In this document: positions 22,622 through 32,213 of the stretch, piece by piece | How positions within the stretch are numbered: the stretch's first letter is position 1 | How the letters are laid out: the number at the start of each line of letters is the position of its first letter | Assembly (NCBI GenBank): GCA_007376135.1 | Contig: VMFR01000001.1 | Location: 379,016 to 443,015, forward strand | From: Parcubacteria group bacterium Gr01-1014_31 | GTDB lineage: Bacteria; Patescibacteriota; Patescibacteriia; Buchananbacterales; GWA2-38-13 | Direction: 5' to 3' | Length of the DNA stretch: 64,000 nt | Notes under the pieces: model-generated | What the model was told of the DNA's origin: nothing | Seen by the model: the letters and a program-made list of their open reading frames with translations, nothing else | The model's database searches: none | Made by a program: the position numbers and the translations under genes

Positions 22622-23419
22622 CTACTTTGCCCCCGCGTCCCACGATACCCACGGCCGGACGCCGCGGTCCCACATTTTGTTCAACTCCTCGTAGTGAAGG
22701 TACGTATCCATGGCATAGAAAAAGCCTTCGTGCTTGTAGACCGCCAGCTGCCGTTCAGCGGCCAACTGCCGCAACGGCTGCTGCTCCAGGATGCAGTTGC
22801 CGTCCGGGGACAGGTAGCGAAAGATGCCGCGGTTGAAGACAGCAAATCCCCCATTGACGTAGCCTTCCAGCTGCGGTTTCTCGCTGAAACTGGTCACCAG
22901 GTTGCCGTCTATTTCCAGGATGCCGAACCGCGAATTCGGATGCACGCCGCTCAAGGTGGCGATCTTTCCCTGCTGACGGTGAAATTCCACGACCTTGGGG
23001 ATGTTGACGTCCGAGACCCCGTCGCCGTAGGTCATGAGGAACGTCTCGTCATTGCCCAGGTACGGCTCGATACGGGCGATGCGCGAGCCCGTCAGCGTCT
23101 CCTGCCCGGTATCCACGAACGTAATGGTCCAATCCTCCAGCATCGCGGGCTTGTGAAAGCTGACGCGCTCACGCCCGTCCCCGCGCAGTTTCACCGTCAC
23201 GTCGTTGACCATTTCCTCGAATTTGAGGAAATAGTCGCGGATCATGTCGCCCTTGTAGCCCAAGCAGAGGACGAAATCCTTGTACCCGTACTGCGAGTAG
23301 AGCTTCATAATATGCCACAAAATGGGCCGGCCGCCGACCGACACCAAAGGCTTGGGCTTGTATTCGGTTTCCTCGCGCAGGCGGGTGCCCTTGCCGCCGC
23401 ATAACAAGACGACTTTCAT
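22622..23419 (-). CDS. rfbF: Glucose-1-phosphate cytidylyltransferase
   Basis: MKVVLLCGGKGTRLREETEYKPKPLVSVGGRPILWHIMKLYSQYGYKDFVLCLGYKG...LTGSRIAR...TYGDGVSDVNI...HPNSRFG, near-collinear with Salmonella RfbF/DdhA. Confidence 0.9.
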   Translation of the reverse strand: MKVVLLCGGKGTRLREETEYKPKPLVSVGGRPILWHIMKLYSQYGYKDFVLCLGYKGDMIRDYFLKFEEMVNDVTVKLRGDGRERVSFHKPAMLEDWTITFVDTGQETLTGSRIARIEPYLGNDETFLMTYGDGVSDVNIPKVVEFHRQQGKIATLSGVHPNSRFGILEIDGNLVTSFSEKPQLEGYVNGGFAVFNRGIFRYLSPDGNCILEQQPLRQLAAERQLAVYKHEGFFYAMDTYLHYEELNKMWDRGVRPWVSWDAGAK

Positions 23420-23619
23420 ACGTTTAAAATACTAGGGGAAATCGTACCATTGGTCAATGAATCACGTTTTTTGAAAAACGCAGCATTTTGGAATGGAACA
23501 AACCCCGCACCCCTTCCTCACCGGCGGTCGCGGACTCCCTTGTTGCGGAGGCAGGAGAATGAAAAAATGCCCATCGGTCAACGCCGACGGGCATTCGCAT
23601 CAGGGCGACGACTCGCGCT

Positions 23620-24183
23620 CTAGACTGGAAAGACCCCCAACGCCCGCTGGACCGCTTCCCGTTCATCGGGAAACATGGTAGTCAACTTGCCGAGACAGGC
23701 GAACGGCGCCGAGTCTTGGTAAATCCTTGTCGTGACGCCGTGGACCTTATCGGTCCGGTACAGTTCGTTGATCTTTTTCGCCTCATCGGCGGTCACCAGA
23801 CGGAGCCCGCCGGACGCGGGTCCCAGACGAACCTCCTACAGAAACTGCCACGGCAGTTCCAGATGGTATGTTGCCACCGGCTTGGACGGGTCATCCACCT
23901 GAGTCAGCACGACCTTCTGATCGACCTGGGCGCGCACTCGGCACGCCACTCCGGACCCAAGTTCCTCGGACACCTCGCGGATGAGCGCTTCATCATCGTT
24001 GCGCTCATAGTCCTTGAGCCGTCCGTGGGCGGTCACCTGGCAACCGCCGGGAAACGATTCATTGATGCCATCCGGCAAGTTCGCCGGATTTATCTCCCCG
24101 CGGATCTGCAGCACGGCGACCCTGGTGCCATCGGGTAACACGGTGGTCACCACCAGCCCCACCGAACGTTTTTGGTCGGCCAA
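23620..24183 (-). pseudogene. Nudix hydrolase interrupted by an in-frame TAG (codon on + strand 23836-23838)
   Basis: ORF 23836..24183 carries the Nudix box GGCQVTAHGRLKDYERNDDEALIREVSEELG but ends 40 aa later. The same frame stays open for 72 more codons after the TAG (EVRLGPASGGLRLVTADEAKKINELYRTDKVHGVTTRIYQDSAPFACLGKLTTMFPDEREAVQRALGVFPV*), giving a normal Nudix length of about 188 aa. Confidence 0.5.
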
Positions 24184-24300
24184 GGCATGTTCCTTTCAAA
24201 GAATGTCCTCCGGAAATGCGAACGCGGCCGGACCAGCCGTGGCCGCAATGGAAAAGAACCGACTTCCCAGGGTAGCCGAGACTTCGGTCTTTGTCAATGC

Positions 24301-24326
24301 AAAAAAACCGCGGCCTTCTGCCGCAG
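24301..24326 (-). terminator. Rho-independent terminator after the amidotransferase gene
   Basis: Minus-strand reading: GCGGCagaagGCCGC hairpin followed by an eight-U run. Confidence 0.5.
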
Positions 24327-24345
24327 TTGCTCGCTGGTCCTGCAG

Positions 24346-26211
24346 CTATTTCAACCACCGCCGGTGCCAGAGCTGAAAGCACATCAGCGTCCAGAGCTCC
24401 TTGTAGCGATTGGCGCGGCCGCTCTGGTGGTCGGACATCAACCGGGCAACCGCGGCGGGCTGGAAAATATTTTGGCGCTTGAGCGCGTCGGCGGACAAAA
24501 GTTCCTGTGCCAATGGTTTGAGGTCGGTGCGCAGCCAGGAACCGATGGGCACGGCAAACCCCTGCTTGCGCCGCGCCCCGATACCGGCCGGCAGGCGGTC
24601 GGCCATCAGGCGCTTCAGCAGGTACTTGGTCGTGAAGCGGCGCAGCCGCAACGAGGGCGGCAAGCTGGCGACGAACTCCACGATGCGGTAATCCAAAAGC
24701 GGGGCGCGCACCTCGAGCGACGAATACATCGAGGCACGGTCCACCTTGGCGAGGATATCATCCTGCAGGTAGCCCTTGAGGTACCAGTACGTCAGCCGCG
24801 TCCAGTGCTCCAGCGCGGCGCGGCCGGTCAATTGCCCGGTGGGGTCGGCGATCGCGTCCCCGCGGCACTGCTCGCGCGCGTCGTCGGTCAACAGTTTGGA
24901 CAGCTGATCATTCCGGAACGACCCGATCCACGCCTGATGCCACTGGTCGTGCGGGTACTGCAGTCCGGCAATGAACCGCTGGGCTTTGTAGCGCCAAGTC
25001 AGGTAATCGTACGAACGCGGACGCATACGCTCGGCCAGCTCATTGAGCCTCCGCCACAGCAACGGCATCGGCGGCAGCGCGTGCGCGATACGCTCGGCCT
25101 GGAACGTCGGATAGCCCAGGAAAAGTTCATCGCCGCCATCGCCGCCCAGCACCACCGTCACCTGGCGGCGCGCGAATTGCGACAGCAGGTAGGTGGGAAT
25201 GAGCGACGGATCGGCGAACGGTTCGTCGGTCAGGTCCGCCAGCTTGGGCACCAGCTCCAACGCCTGCGCGGGTCGCAACACCTGCTCGTAGTGTTCCGTG
25301 CCGAGGTGCTGCGCCACCCGCCGGGCGAAACTTGACTCATCGAACGTCGCTTCGGTGAACCCGATGGAGAACGTTTTGACGGGGCGCGAGCTTGCCGCCT
25401 GCGCGTAGTAGGCAATGGTGCTCGAGTCAATGCCGCCGGACAGGAAAATGCCCAGCGGCACGTCGGAAACCAAACGGCGCTTCACGGCATCGGCGAGCAA
25501 CGTATCCAACCGCGGCAGGGCTTCGGCCAGGGTGATACGCTCGGTATGCAGCGGTACGTCCCAATAGCGGGCGACCTGCGGCTCGCGCCCGGACTGGTAC
25601 TCCAAGTAACTTCCCTCCGGCAGCTTGCGCATGCCGGCAAATATCGCGCGAGGCGTAGGCACGTACTCGCGCAGAAGATACTGCGCCAGGCTCAACCAGT
25701 CCAGCTCGCGGGGGACCAACGGGTGCTGCAACAGCGCCTTGGGCTCGGAGCCATACACCATTGTTCCCTGCCATAGCCCCCAGTACAGCGGCTTTTTCCC
25801 CAGGCGGTCACGGGCCAAAACGATCCGCTGGCTCTTTCCATCCCACAGAGCGACGGCGAACATCCCGTTCATTTTTGCGAACACTTCGCTCCCCCACTGC
25901 TCATACCCGTGCACGATAACCTCGGTGTCCGATTGCGTTGCAAAATGGTGTCCGGCACGCTGCAACTCCGTTTTCAGCTCGCGGTAGTTGTAGATCTCGC
26001 CATTGAAGGTGACCGCAACGGATTTGTCCTCGTTGAACATCGGCTGATGGCCGCCAGCGAGGTCAATGATGGACAATCGGCGGAACCCCAGGCCCACGCC
26101 CTCACTAATAAAAAAACCGTCGTCATCGGGCCCGCGATGGGCAATGACGTCGGTCATCCGCTTCAGGATGGGCTGGTCACCCTGGCCAACGTAGCCGGCA
26201 ATGCCGCACAT
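24346..26211 (-). CDS. Asparagine synthetase B-family glutamine amidotransferase (WbpS-like sugar amidotransferase candidate)
   Basis: N-terminal MCGIAGYVG (Cys nucleophile), SIIDLAGGHQPM, PP-loop SGGIDSS. Confidence 0.85.
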   Translation of the reverse strand: MCGIAGYVGQGDQPILKRMTDVIAHRGPDDDGFFISEGVGLGFRRLSIIDLAGGHQPMFNEDKSVAVTFNGEIYNYRELKTELQRAGHHFATQSDTEVIVHGYEQWGSEVFAKMNGMFAVALWDGKSQRIVLARDRLGKKPLYWGLWQGTMVYGSEPKALLQHPLVPRELDWLSLAQYLLREYVPTPRAIFAGMRKLPEGSYLEYQSGREPQVARYWDVPLHTERITLAEALPRLDTLLADAVKRRLVSDVPLGIFLSGGIDSSTIAYYAQAASSRPVKTFSIGFTEATFDESSFARRVAQHLGTEHYEQVLRPAQALELVPKLADLTDEPFADPSLIPTYLLSQFARRQVTVVLGGDGGDELFLGYPTFQAERIAHALPPMPLLWRRLNELAERMRPRSYDYLTWRYKAQRFIAGLQYPHDQWHQAWIGSFRNDQLSKLLTDDAREQCRGDAIADPTGQLTGRAALEHWTRLTYWYLKGYLQDDILAKVDRASMYSSLEVRAPLLDYRIVEFVASLPPSLRLRRFTTKYLLKRLMADRLPAGIGARRKQGFAVPIGSWLRTDLKPLAQELLSADALKRQNIFQPAAVARLMSDHQSGRANRYKELWTLMCFQLWHRRWLK

Positions 26212-26295
26212 AGAATTCGTGCTCTGTGCTCAGTTCCCTGTGCACCGTACCGCCGAACGTACCGTCACGGAGCAGTGAGCACTGTGCACGGAGCA

Positions 26296-27249
26296 CTAAA
26301 AATTAATCTCTTCTTTCACCGCGTAGATCGGCTTATTCTGCGCCTCGTGGTGCATGCGCATCACCAGTTCCGCCAGCAGCCCGATGAGCACGAGCAGCAC
26401 CCCGACCAGCACGAACAGCGCGGTCAGCACCGGCAGCGGTGTTTCCACGAAATCTTTCTGACCGGTGGCCTTGAAGTAGACGGCAATCGCTGCCGCCAGC
26501 ACGCCGACGGCAAACGACCAAAACCCGATCTTGCCGAAGAAGTACATCGGCTTGGCCGAATAGTCGTTGAGGAACTTCAGGGTCACCAAGTCCAGCAAGA
26601 CTTTCGGGATGCGCGAAATGCCATACTTGGACGCACCGAACTGCCGCGGCCGGTAGGCAACGGACAGTTCCGCCACGCGCGCGCCCTGCCAGCCTGCCAG
26701 GGCGGGGATGAAACGGTGCATTTCGCCGTACAGGCGCACGCCCTTGATAATATCGGCGCGGTAGGCCTTCATCGTGCAGCCGTAGTCGTGGAGGTGGACC
26801 TTGGACACCCGCGAGATGAGCCAGTTGGCAGCTAGGGACGTCAGACGGCGCGTGACCGGGTTTTCCGTCCAGCGCTCCTGCCGCCAGCCCGACACGATGT
26901 CATAACCTTCATCCAATTTCGCAATGAGTTTCGGAATATCCGCTGGGTCATTCTCCAAGTCCGCGTCCATCGGCACGATAACTTCGCCATGCGCGCGGTC
27001 CACGCCGGCGGCAATCGCGGCGGTTTGCCCGAAGTTGCGACGAAAGGTTACGACCTTCACGCGCCGGTCGGCGGCTGCCAGTTTCCGCAGGACCTCAAGG
27101 CTCCCGTCGGTGGAGCCGTCGTTGACAAAGACTGCTTCAAATTCACCGGCGGCAGCCAAGGCCGCCGTTATCTTTTCCCACAGCGGAGGCAAAGATTCGG
27201 CCTCATTGAAGACCGGGATGACGAGAGAAATGCGCATAGCTTCAGACAA
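26296..27249 (-). CDS. GT2 polyprenyl-phosphate sugar synthase (GtrB/ArnC-like), paralog 3
   Basis: ISLVIPVFNEAESL...FVNDGSTDGS...VPMDADLENDPADIPKLIAKLDEGYDIVSGWRQER plus C-terminal TM helices. Confidence 0.8.
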   Translation of the reverse strand: MSEAMRISLVIPVFNEAESLPPLWEKITAALAAAGEFEAVFVNDGSTDGSLEVLRKLAAADRRVKVVTFRRNFGQTAAIAAGVDRAHGEVIVPMDADLENDPADIPKLIAKLDEGYDIVSGWRQERWTENPVTRRLTSLAANWLISRVSKVHLHDYGCTMKAYRADIIKGVRLYGEMHRFIPALAGWQGARVAELSVAYRPRQFGASKYGISRIPKVLLDLVTLKFLNDYSAKPMYFFGKIGFWSFAVGVLAAAIAVYFKATGQKDFVETPLPVLTALFVLVGVLLVLIGLLAELVMRMHHEAQNKPIYAVKEEINF

Positions 27250-27269
27250 CCAAACAACCTACCAGAAAA

Positions 27270-28409
27270 TCACGCTTTTGGCAATGCGTTCAGGGCGGCA
27301 AGGATAGTCGTTGCGCGCCCGTCCCACGTGTAGCGCTCCGCGAGTTTTTTTGCCGCGCCCTCGCGCGCGGACTGGTCATACTCCCCTGCTTCGCGGATGG
27401 CGCGCGCCAGATCCTGCGGGTCGTCGGGTTTGGCAAACACGACTTCCTTTTCGCTGACGATCTCACGGATGCTGGACAGGTCCGACGCGACAATGGGCCG
27501 TCCCGCCGCCAGATACTCGAACAACTTCAGCGGTGACGTGTAAAGGCGGGAGCGTTCGGTTTTCGCAGAATTGGGAATGACCAACACGTCAGCGGCGGCC
27601 AGCCAAAGCGGCACTTGGGTACGCGGTTGGTGGGTAACCACCTTGACGTTGGTAACTCCGATTTTTTGGCAATAGGACTGCAAAGCCGCCGCGTCCGGAC
27701 CCAGACCACCGACCATGACCACGAGCCAATCTTTAGCGGGCAGGCCGCCAGCCGCCTCGGCTAATGCTTGAACCCCTTTCCACTCATAGAAATGACCGAC
27801 ATACACCGCGATCTTCCGATCGCGGGGCAGGTAAAGCTGGTCGCGGGATGCGTCTTGGGATGGGAAAAACTCGACCACATCGCTTGCGTCCGGCGTGAGA
27901 ACCAACTTGCCCGCCGGTACCGAATATTGCCGCGCCACGCCAACTCCAAGGGCGCGCGAGATGACCGCGATGAGGGCCGCGCGCGTAAGTAATGAACGAT
28001 ATTTTCGCTTGGGCAGGCTATGTAGCTCTACTCCCACCCGCATCGGGAGCGGTCCGAGCAACCATAGAATAAGTTCATCACGACCCCACACGAAGTCGGC
28101 AGGATGCGAACGCAAATATTTCTTGACCGCGCGGGCAAAGGTGAATGACTCGATCCAAAACCCCAGGGAGCCAACCAGCCGCCGCGCGACCCCAACCAAG
28201 TCAACCACAGGCAGGCGCACAATGGGAAAGCGCTGCGCGATGCCGTAGCACGTGAACGGGTCGGTTTTTCCTAACGGATTACGGCGTGCCGGAACCACCA
28301 GCGTCACCTCCGCGCCTTGGGCCGTAAGTGCCGCGCAGGTGCGCATGATCTGATAGCCGTGCGCTTTTTCGGTCGGCAACCGGATGTTGGCGATGTAGGC
28401 GATTTTCAT
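27270..28409 (-). CDS. Glycosyltransferase family 4
   Basis: GT-B C-terminal motif LKLFEYLAAGRPIVASDLSSIREIV. Confidence 0.75.
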   Translation of the reverse strand: MKIAYIANIRLPTEKAHGYQIMRTCAALTAQGAEVTLVVPARRNPLGKTDPFTCYGIAQRFPIVRLPVVDLVGVARRLVGSLGFWIESFTFARAVKKYLRSHPADFVWGRDELILWLLGPLPMRVGVELHSLPKRKYRSLLTRAALIAVISRALGVGVARQYSVPAGKLVLTPDASDVVEFFPSQDASRDQLYLPRDRKIAVYVGHFYEWKGVQALAEAAGGLPAKDWLVVMVGGLGPDAAALQSYCQKIGVTNVKVVTHQPRTQVPLWLAAADVLVIPNSAKTERSRLYTSPLKLFEYLAAGRPIVASDLSSIREIVSEKEVVFAKPDDPQDLARAIREAGEYDQSAREGAAKKLAERYTWDGRATTILAALNALPKA

Positions 28410-30067
28410 AGCGACGAAATAGGGATCTCAAAGACCGTCACCGTCGGGCCGAGATTGCGAGCCGGAAAAATAGTGTACACGGGCTGGAGGAAATTACCGT
28501 TGACGTCGGAAATCTGTGCGGGGAATCGCTGCACTACGCGCGCGCCCGCCGCAATGAGCGCCGTTGTTTCCAGGCGCACGGTCGGCGCGTCCTCAACGAT
28601 CAGGAAACGAAAACCCGCGCGTTCCAGTGTTGGCGCGCTCAAGTCCGCCGCAAGGTCCACGGACAGAAAATGCAGCGGCAGAATTTCATACGAAGGTTGC
28701 GGGTAGCGTTCGTCGGGTACTTCCAAAAGCGTTCGGTCTTCCTGGCGCAACGATGCCGCGTCCAGCTCACGCTGCTGCGTGATGGAATCCTTCGTCGGCG
28801 TCAAGCGGAAGGTGGTGACGTCGGTGACGACCCGCGTCCCGGCGGGGATATTGTCCTGCACCCATGCGACCGCCTGCTGCCGAGTGTCCGGCTGGGTCAG
28901 GAGCCACAGGTACTTGCCGCTGACAGCGAGCGGGAACGCGAATACCAGCGCCAGCAGGCTCAGCGCGCTCGATTGCGCGAACGCCTTGGCACGGCCGTAG
29001 AGTTCGCTTAAGCCAAACCCGGCGACCACGGAAAGCAGCGGCAGGATGAGGAGCAGGTAGCGCACCTCGTCGTGGAAAATAAGGTACAACACCGTCAAGT
29101 ACGCGAACGGCATCACCGTCAGGAGCGCGAACGCCCGGCGTGATGCGCGCCAGACGAACGGCAGCCCCAGCAGCGTCAAAATGAACAGCGCCGGTTCCAA
29201 TTGCCAGTAATTGCGCAGGTGAAAGCCGTAGGACGCCAGCAGCCCGAACAAACTCTTGCTCGATCCGGCGCCGGAATCCTCGCCGAACGCGATGCGCCAG
29301 AACTCCTGCGGATGCAGAGCGACGAATAGGACGGCGATTCCTGCCGCGATACCCACCGACCACAGCAGGTCGCGATGAAGTATTCTTTTCCGGGTCTGCG
29401 GGTTGAGCCAATGCGCGATGCCGATCAGCAGCAGCGCGAGCAGCGGGATGTAACTGACGCCAAATCCCAACCCCGCGGCAACGCCGGCAAGCACGTAATC
29501 GCGCCGGCTCCCGCCGCGCGCGATGCGGGCGGCAAAGATGGCGACTACCGTAACGGCCAGCGTCGCCCCCACCCAATGCCGGATGAAGTGCGACAGCTGC
29601 ACATGCAGGAACGAAACGCTCAAAAGCGCGGCGGAAAGCAAGCCGGCGCGGCGGTCGAAAAATTCGCGCGCCAGGCGGTAGGTCGCGTACACCGTGACGG
29701 TGCCGAGCATCGCGGCAACCACCCGAGCGGTTACCCAGATCAGCGTCGGGTCTAACACCATACCCTGCACGAACGTAGCAACGTCGGCAGCGCCAGAGAA
29801 CAGATAGCCCACGCCCAAAGTCGTTCCCAACGGCGCCAAAACCAGGTACGGAAGCAACGGCGGGTAGTAGAGCGGACGGAACGCTTCCGGGTGCAGCACG
29901 GGAAGCAGGGTCTTTAACTGCAGCATTTTGAGAGCGCCCAGCACCATCGCCGGCTCATCGCCGACGAACACGTATGGCAAGCCGTAGGCAATACCCACCA
30001 TGCGCAGCAACAGTGCCGCCGCTATGATGGTAGTCAACACTCGATGTCGTCGCACCCAGGGCCACAT
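28406..30067 (-). CDS. GT-C fold glycosyltransferase, ArnT/PMT-like, with C-terminal soluble domain
   Basis: 553 aa; about 11 TM helices (LLRMVGIAYGLPYVFVGDEPAMVLGALKM) followed by about 150 aa of non-hydrophobic C-terminus. 4-nt overlap with the upstream GT4. Confidence 0.7.
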   Translation of the reverse strand: MWPWVRRHRVLTTIIAAALLLRMVGIAYGLPYVFVGDEPAMVLGALKMLQLKTLLPVLHPEAFRPLYYPPLLPYLVLAPLGTTLGVGYLFSGAADVATFVQGMVLDPTLIWVTARVVAAMLGTVTVYATYRLAREFFDRRAGLLSAALLSVSFLHVQLSHFIRHWVGATLAVTVVAIFAARIARGGSRRDYVLAGVAAGLGFGVSYIPLLALLLIGIAHWLNPQTRKRILHRDLLWSVGIAAGIAVLFVALHPQEFWRIAFGEDSGAGSSKSLFGLLASYGFHLRNYWQLEPALFILTLLGLPFVWRASRRAFALLTVMPFAYLTVLYLIFHDEVRYLLLILPLLSVVAGFGLSELYGRAKAFAQSSALSLLALVFAFPLAVSGKYLWLLTQPDTRQQAVAWVQDNIPAGTRVVTDVTTFRLTPTKDSITQQRELDAASLRQEDRTLLEVPDERYPQPSYEILPLHFLSVDLAADLSAPTLERAGFRFLIVEDAPTVRLETTALIAAGARVVQRFPAQISDVNGNFLQPVYTIFPARNLGPTVTVFEIPISSL

Positions 30068-30072
30068 AGTAT

Positions 30073-31140
30073 TTACGCGTTCGCTATTCCGCGCTCCCGC
30101 AACGCACTCAGGAGTGTAGCGCCGATCGTTAGCGGAGTTAAACGCTCGGCCACCAGACGACGGGCCTGCTCCCCGAGCCGATTTCGCAACGGCGCATCCG
30201 CGAATAACCTCCGAATGCTGGCAGCCAAGTCCTCTGGATCATTGGCGCGGCAAAACACAACTTCCTGGCGGTCGGTCAAAAGCTCCTCCATCCCGGGCAA
30301 ACGGGCGGTCAACACCGGCTTGCCGACCGCCATGGCTTCAAAAATTTTATTAGGGATGACCGGCCGGTCGCCGGAGCCAAAGACCCCCAGGCACAGGTCG
30401 GCCCGCTCCAGATACCCCCGCAGCGTCGGGTAATCCACGTCGTCGAGGAATTCCACGTTGGCGAGGTGCAACTCCTTGGCCAATGCCGCCACGCGCGGAT
30501 ATTCCTGGCCGCGGCCGATCAGCGTGAAGCGTACGGGCAGATCGGCAAGCTTCGCTGCCGCGCGCACGATGACGTCGGCCCCCTGGAACGGCGAATAATG
30601 GCCATGGAAATGCACGGCGAATTTTTCGGCGGCTTTTGGCGGAACCGGGACAGCCGAAAAATCCTGCAGGTCACAGCCGACATACACGACCGCAAAGCGG
30701 TTCCGCGGCACGCGCGTGATCCGCGCCAGGTAATCGGCGTGCGCTACTGTGTCCATCAACACCACGCGCGCCAGCCGGCACGACAGCCAGTCAAGAAAAA
30801 AATAGTACGCCGCGCGGAAGCTCAACGGCCTGACCTGCCGCCGCGCGACGACCAGCGCCTGGTACTGGGATGTGAACGCGTCGAACACCACCGGCACGCC
30901 GAGACGCTTGCCGATAACCCACGCCAACGGCATCACCGTGTGGCCGGGAAAACCGACCAGCAGAAGGTCAATGCGTCCGCGCAACCCGCGGCTCCCACGC
31001 CACAAGGCAAACCACTTGCGCACGCCGTGTTCCCGCGTGTGGCAATCCAACACCGCCACACCGTGCTGCTGCAGGCCCTTGCGCAGGATGCGCTGACGAG
31101 GGTAGTCCAACTTGTAGGTGCCAAAGAACCCGATGGTCAT
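30073..31140 (-). CDS. Glycosyltransferase family 4
   Basis: NKIFEAMAVGKPVLTARLPGMEELL. Start moved to the ATG at 31140 (MTIGFFGTY), which forms an ATGA overlap with the upstream GT4 stop; ORF-track start is 31167. Confidence 0.65.
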   Translation of the reverse strand: MTIGFFGTYKLDYPRQRILRKGLQQHGVAVLDCHTREHGVRKWFALWRGSRGLRGRIDLLLVGFPGHTVMPLAWVIGKRLGVPVVFDAFTSQYQALVVARRQVRPLSFRAAYYFFLDWLSCRLARVVLMDTVAHADYLARITRVPRNRFAVVYVGCDLQDFSAVPVPPKAAEKFAVHFHGHYSPFQGADVIVRAAAKLADLPVRFTLIGRGQEYPRVAALAKELHLANVEFLDDVDYPTLRGYLERADLCLGVFGSGDRPVIPNKIFEAMAVGKPVLTARLPGMEELLTDRQEVVFCRANDPEDLAASIRRLFADAPLRNRLGEQARRLVAERLTPLTIGATLLSALRERGIANA

Positions 31141-32213
31141 ACTGCCGAAGTACTTCCGCCACGACACGCGGCAACGATCTTAACGGCCAACGCCGGCAGA
31201 CTGTGGTCGCGCGCGACGGCGGCGCGCAAGCGCTCCCCCAGCGCACGGCGTTGCAATACGTCCCACCCCTGCACGCGGCGCAGGGCATCCGCCAAAAGTT
31301 GAGGGTTATTGGGCACTACCAGCAAGTCGGATGGCACCAGCGTGCGGAACGCGGCATTGGAGGTCACCAACGGCAACCCGCAGGCCATCGCTTCCAAACC
31401 GGCTTTGTCCACGCTGCCGGTTCCGCTCAAATTCACCATGACATCGGCGCGCTGATAATGAGCGGCGACGCGCTCGTTGGCCACCGGCCCAGGAAAGCGC
31501 ACCGCGTCCTTCAGCCCCAAACGCTGGGTCATGGAACGCAAACTTTCAAAATACTCCTGATGTTGCGGCAGTCCGGGACCGCCAACGATCTCGCAGATCA
31601 CCCCTGCAAGCCCCGCCTTTCGCAGTACTGCGACGGCTTGGATCAACGTTTCATAATCCTTGGTCGGCGAGATGCGGCCGACCGACACGATGCGAAATTG
31701 GCCGTCCGGCTGGCGAGGCTGCGGCCGGAACATATCCAGATCGATACCGTGGCCGGTCACCCTTACCTTGCGCGAATGCACGCGAAAACTCTCCGGGGAT
31801 GCCGTCAGCACCGCGTCCACGAGGTGCGCCATCAGACGCGTCTTCCACGTTACCGTGCCGTGGACATACCAGGCCACGACCCGCCGACCAAGCAGCTTGG
31901 CGATCGGCCACACCGCCAGCGCGTACTCCGGATTCTGATGACAGAACACCGCATGGCTGCGGGCGACCAGCGGCCAAGCCGCCGCAGGAAAACGCCCCCA
32001 GCGACGGAGGCGGGAAACCCCGCGCTCCTTTCCCAACGAGTGGACGGAAACGTTCTCCGGCAGTCCGCTGACGTCCCCCTGCTGCAGACAGAGCACCGAC
32101 AGGTGACCGTGGGTGCGTGCGACCTCCTGCGCCAAGGCCTGGACCCAGCGGTGCGTGTGCCCGGCATGGGAATCGAGGCGGTCAACCTTGCGCGTGATCA
32201 TCAACAAGTTCAT
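31137..32213 (-). CDS. Glycosyltransferase family 4
   Basis: DKAGLEAMACGLPLVTSNAAFRTLV, GT-B fold. Confidence 0.7.
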   Translation of the reverse strand: MNLLMITRKVDRLDSHAGHTHRWVQALAQEVARTHGHLSVLCLQQGDVSGLPENVSVHSLGKERGVSRLRRWGRFPAAAWPLVARSHAVFCHQNPEYALAVWPIAKLLGRRVVAWYVHGTVTWKTRLMAHLVDAVLTASPESFRVHSRKVRVTGHGIDLDMFRPQPRQPDGQFRIVSVGRISPTKDYETLIQAVAVLRKAGLAGVICEIVGGPGLPQHQEYFESLRSMTQRLGLKDAVRFPGPVANERVAAHYQRADVMVNLSGTGSVDKAGLEAMACGLPLVTSNAAFRTLVPSDLLVVPNNPQLLADALRRVQGWDVLQRRALGERLRAAVARDHSLPALAVKIVAACRGGSTSAV

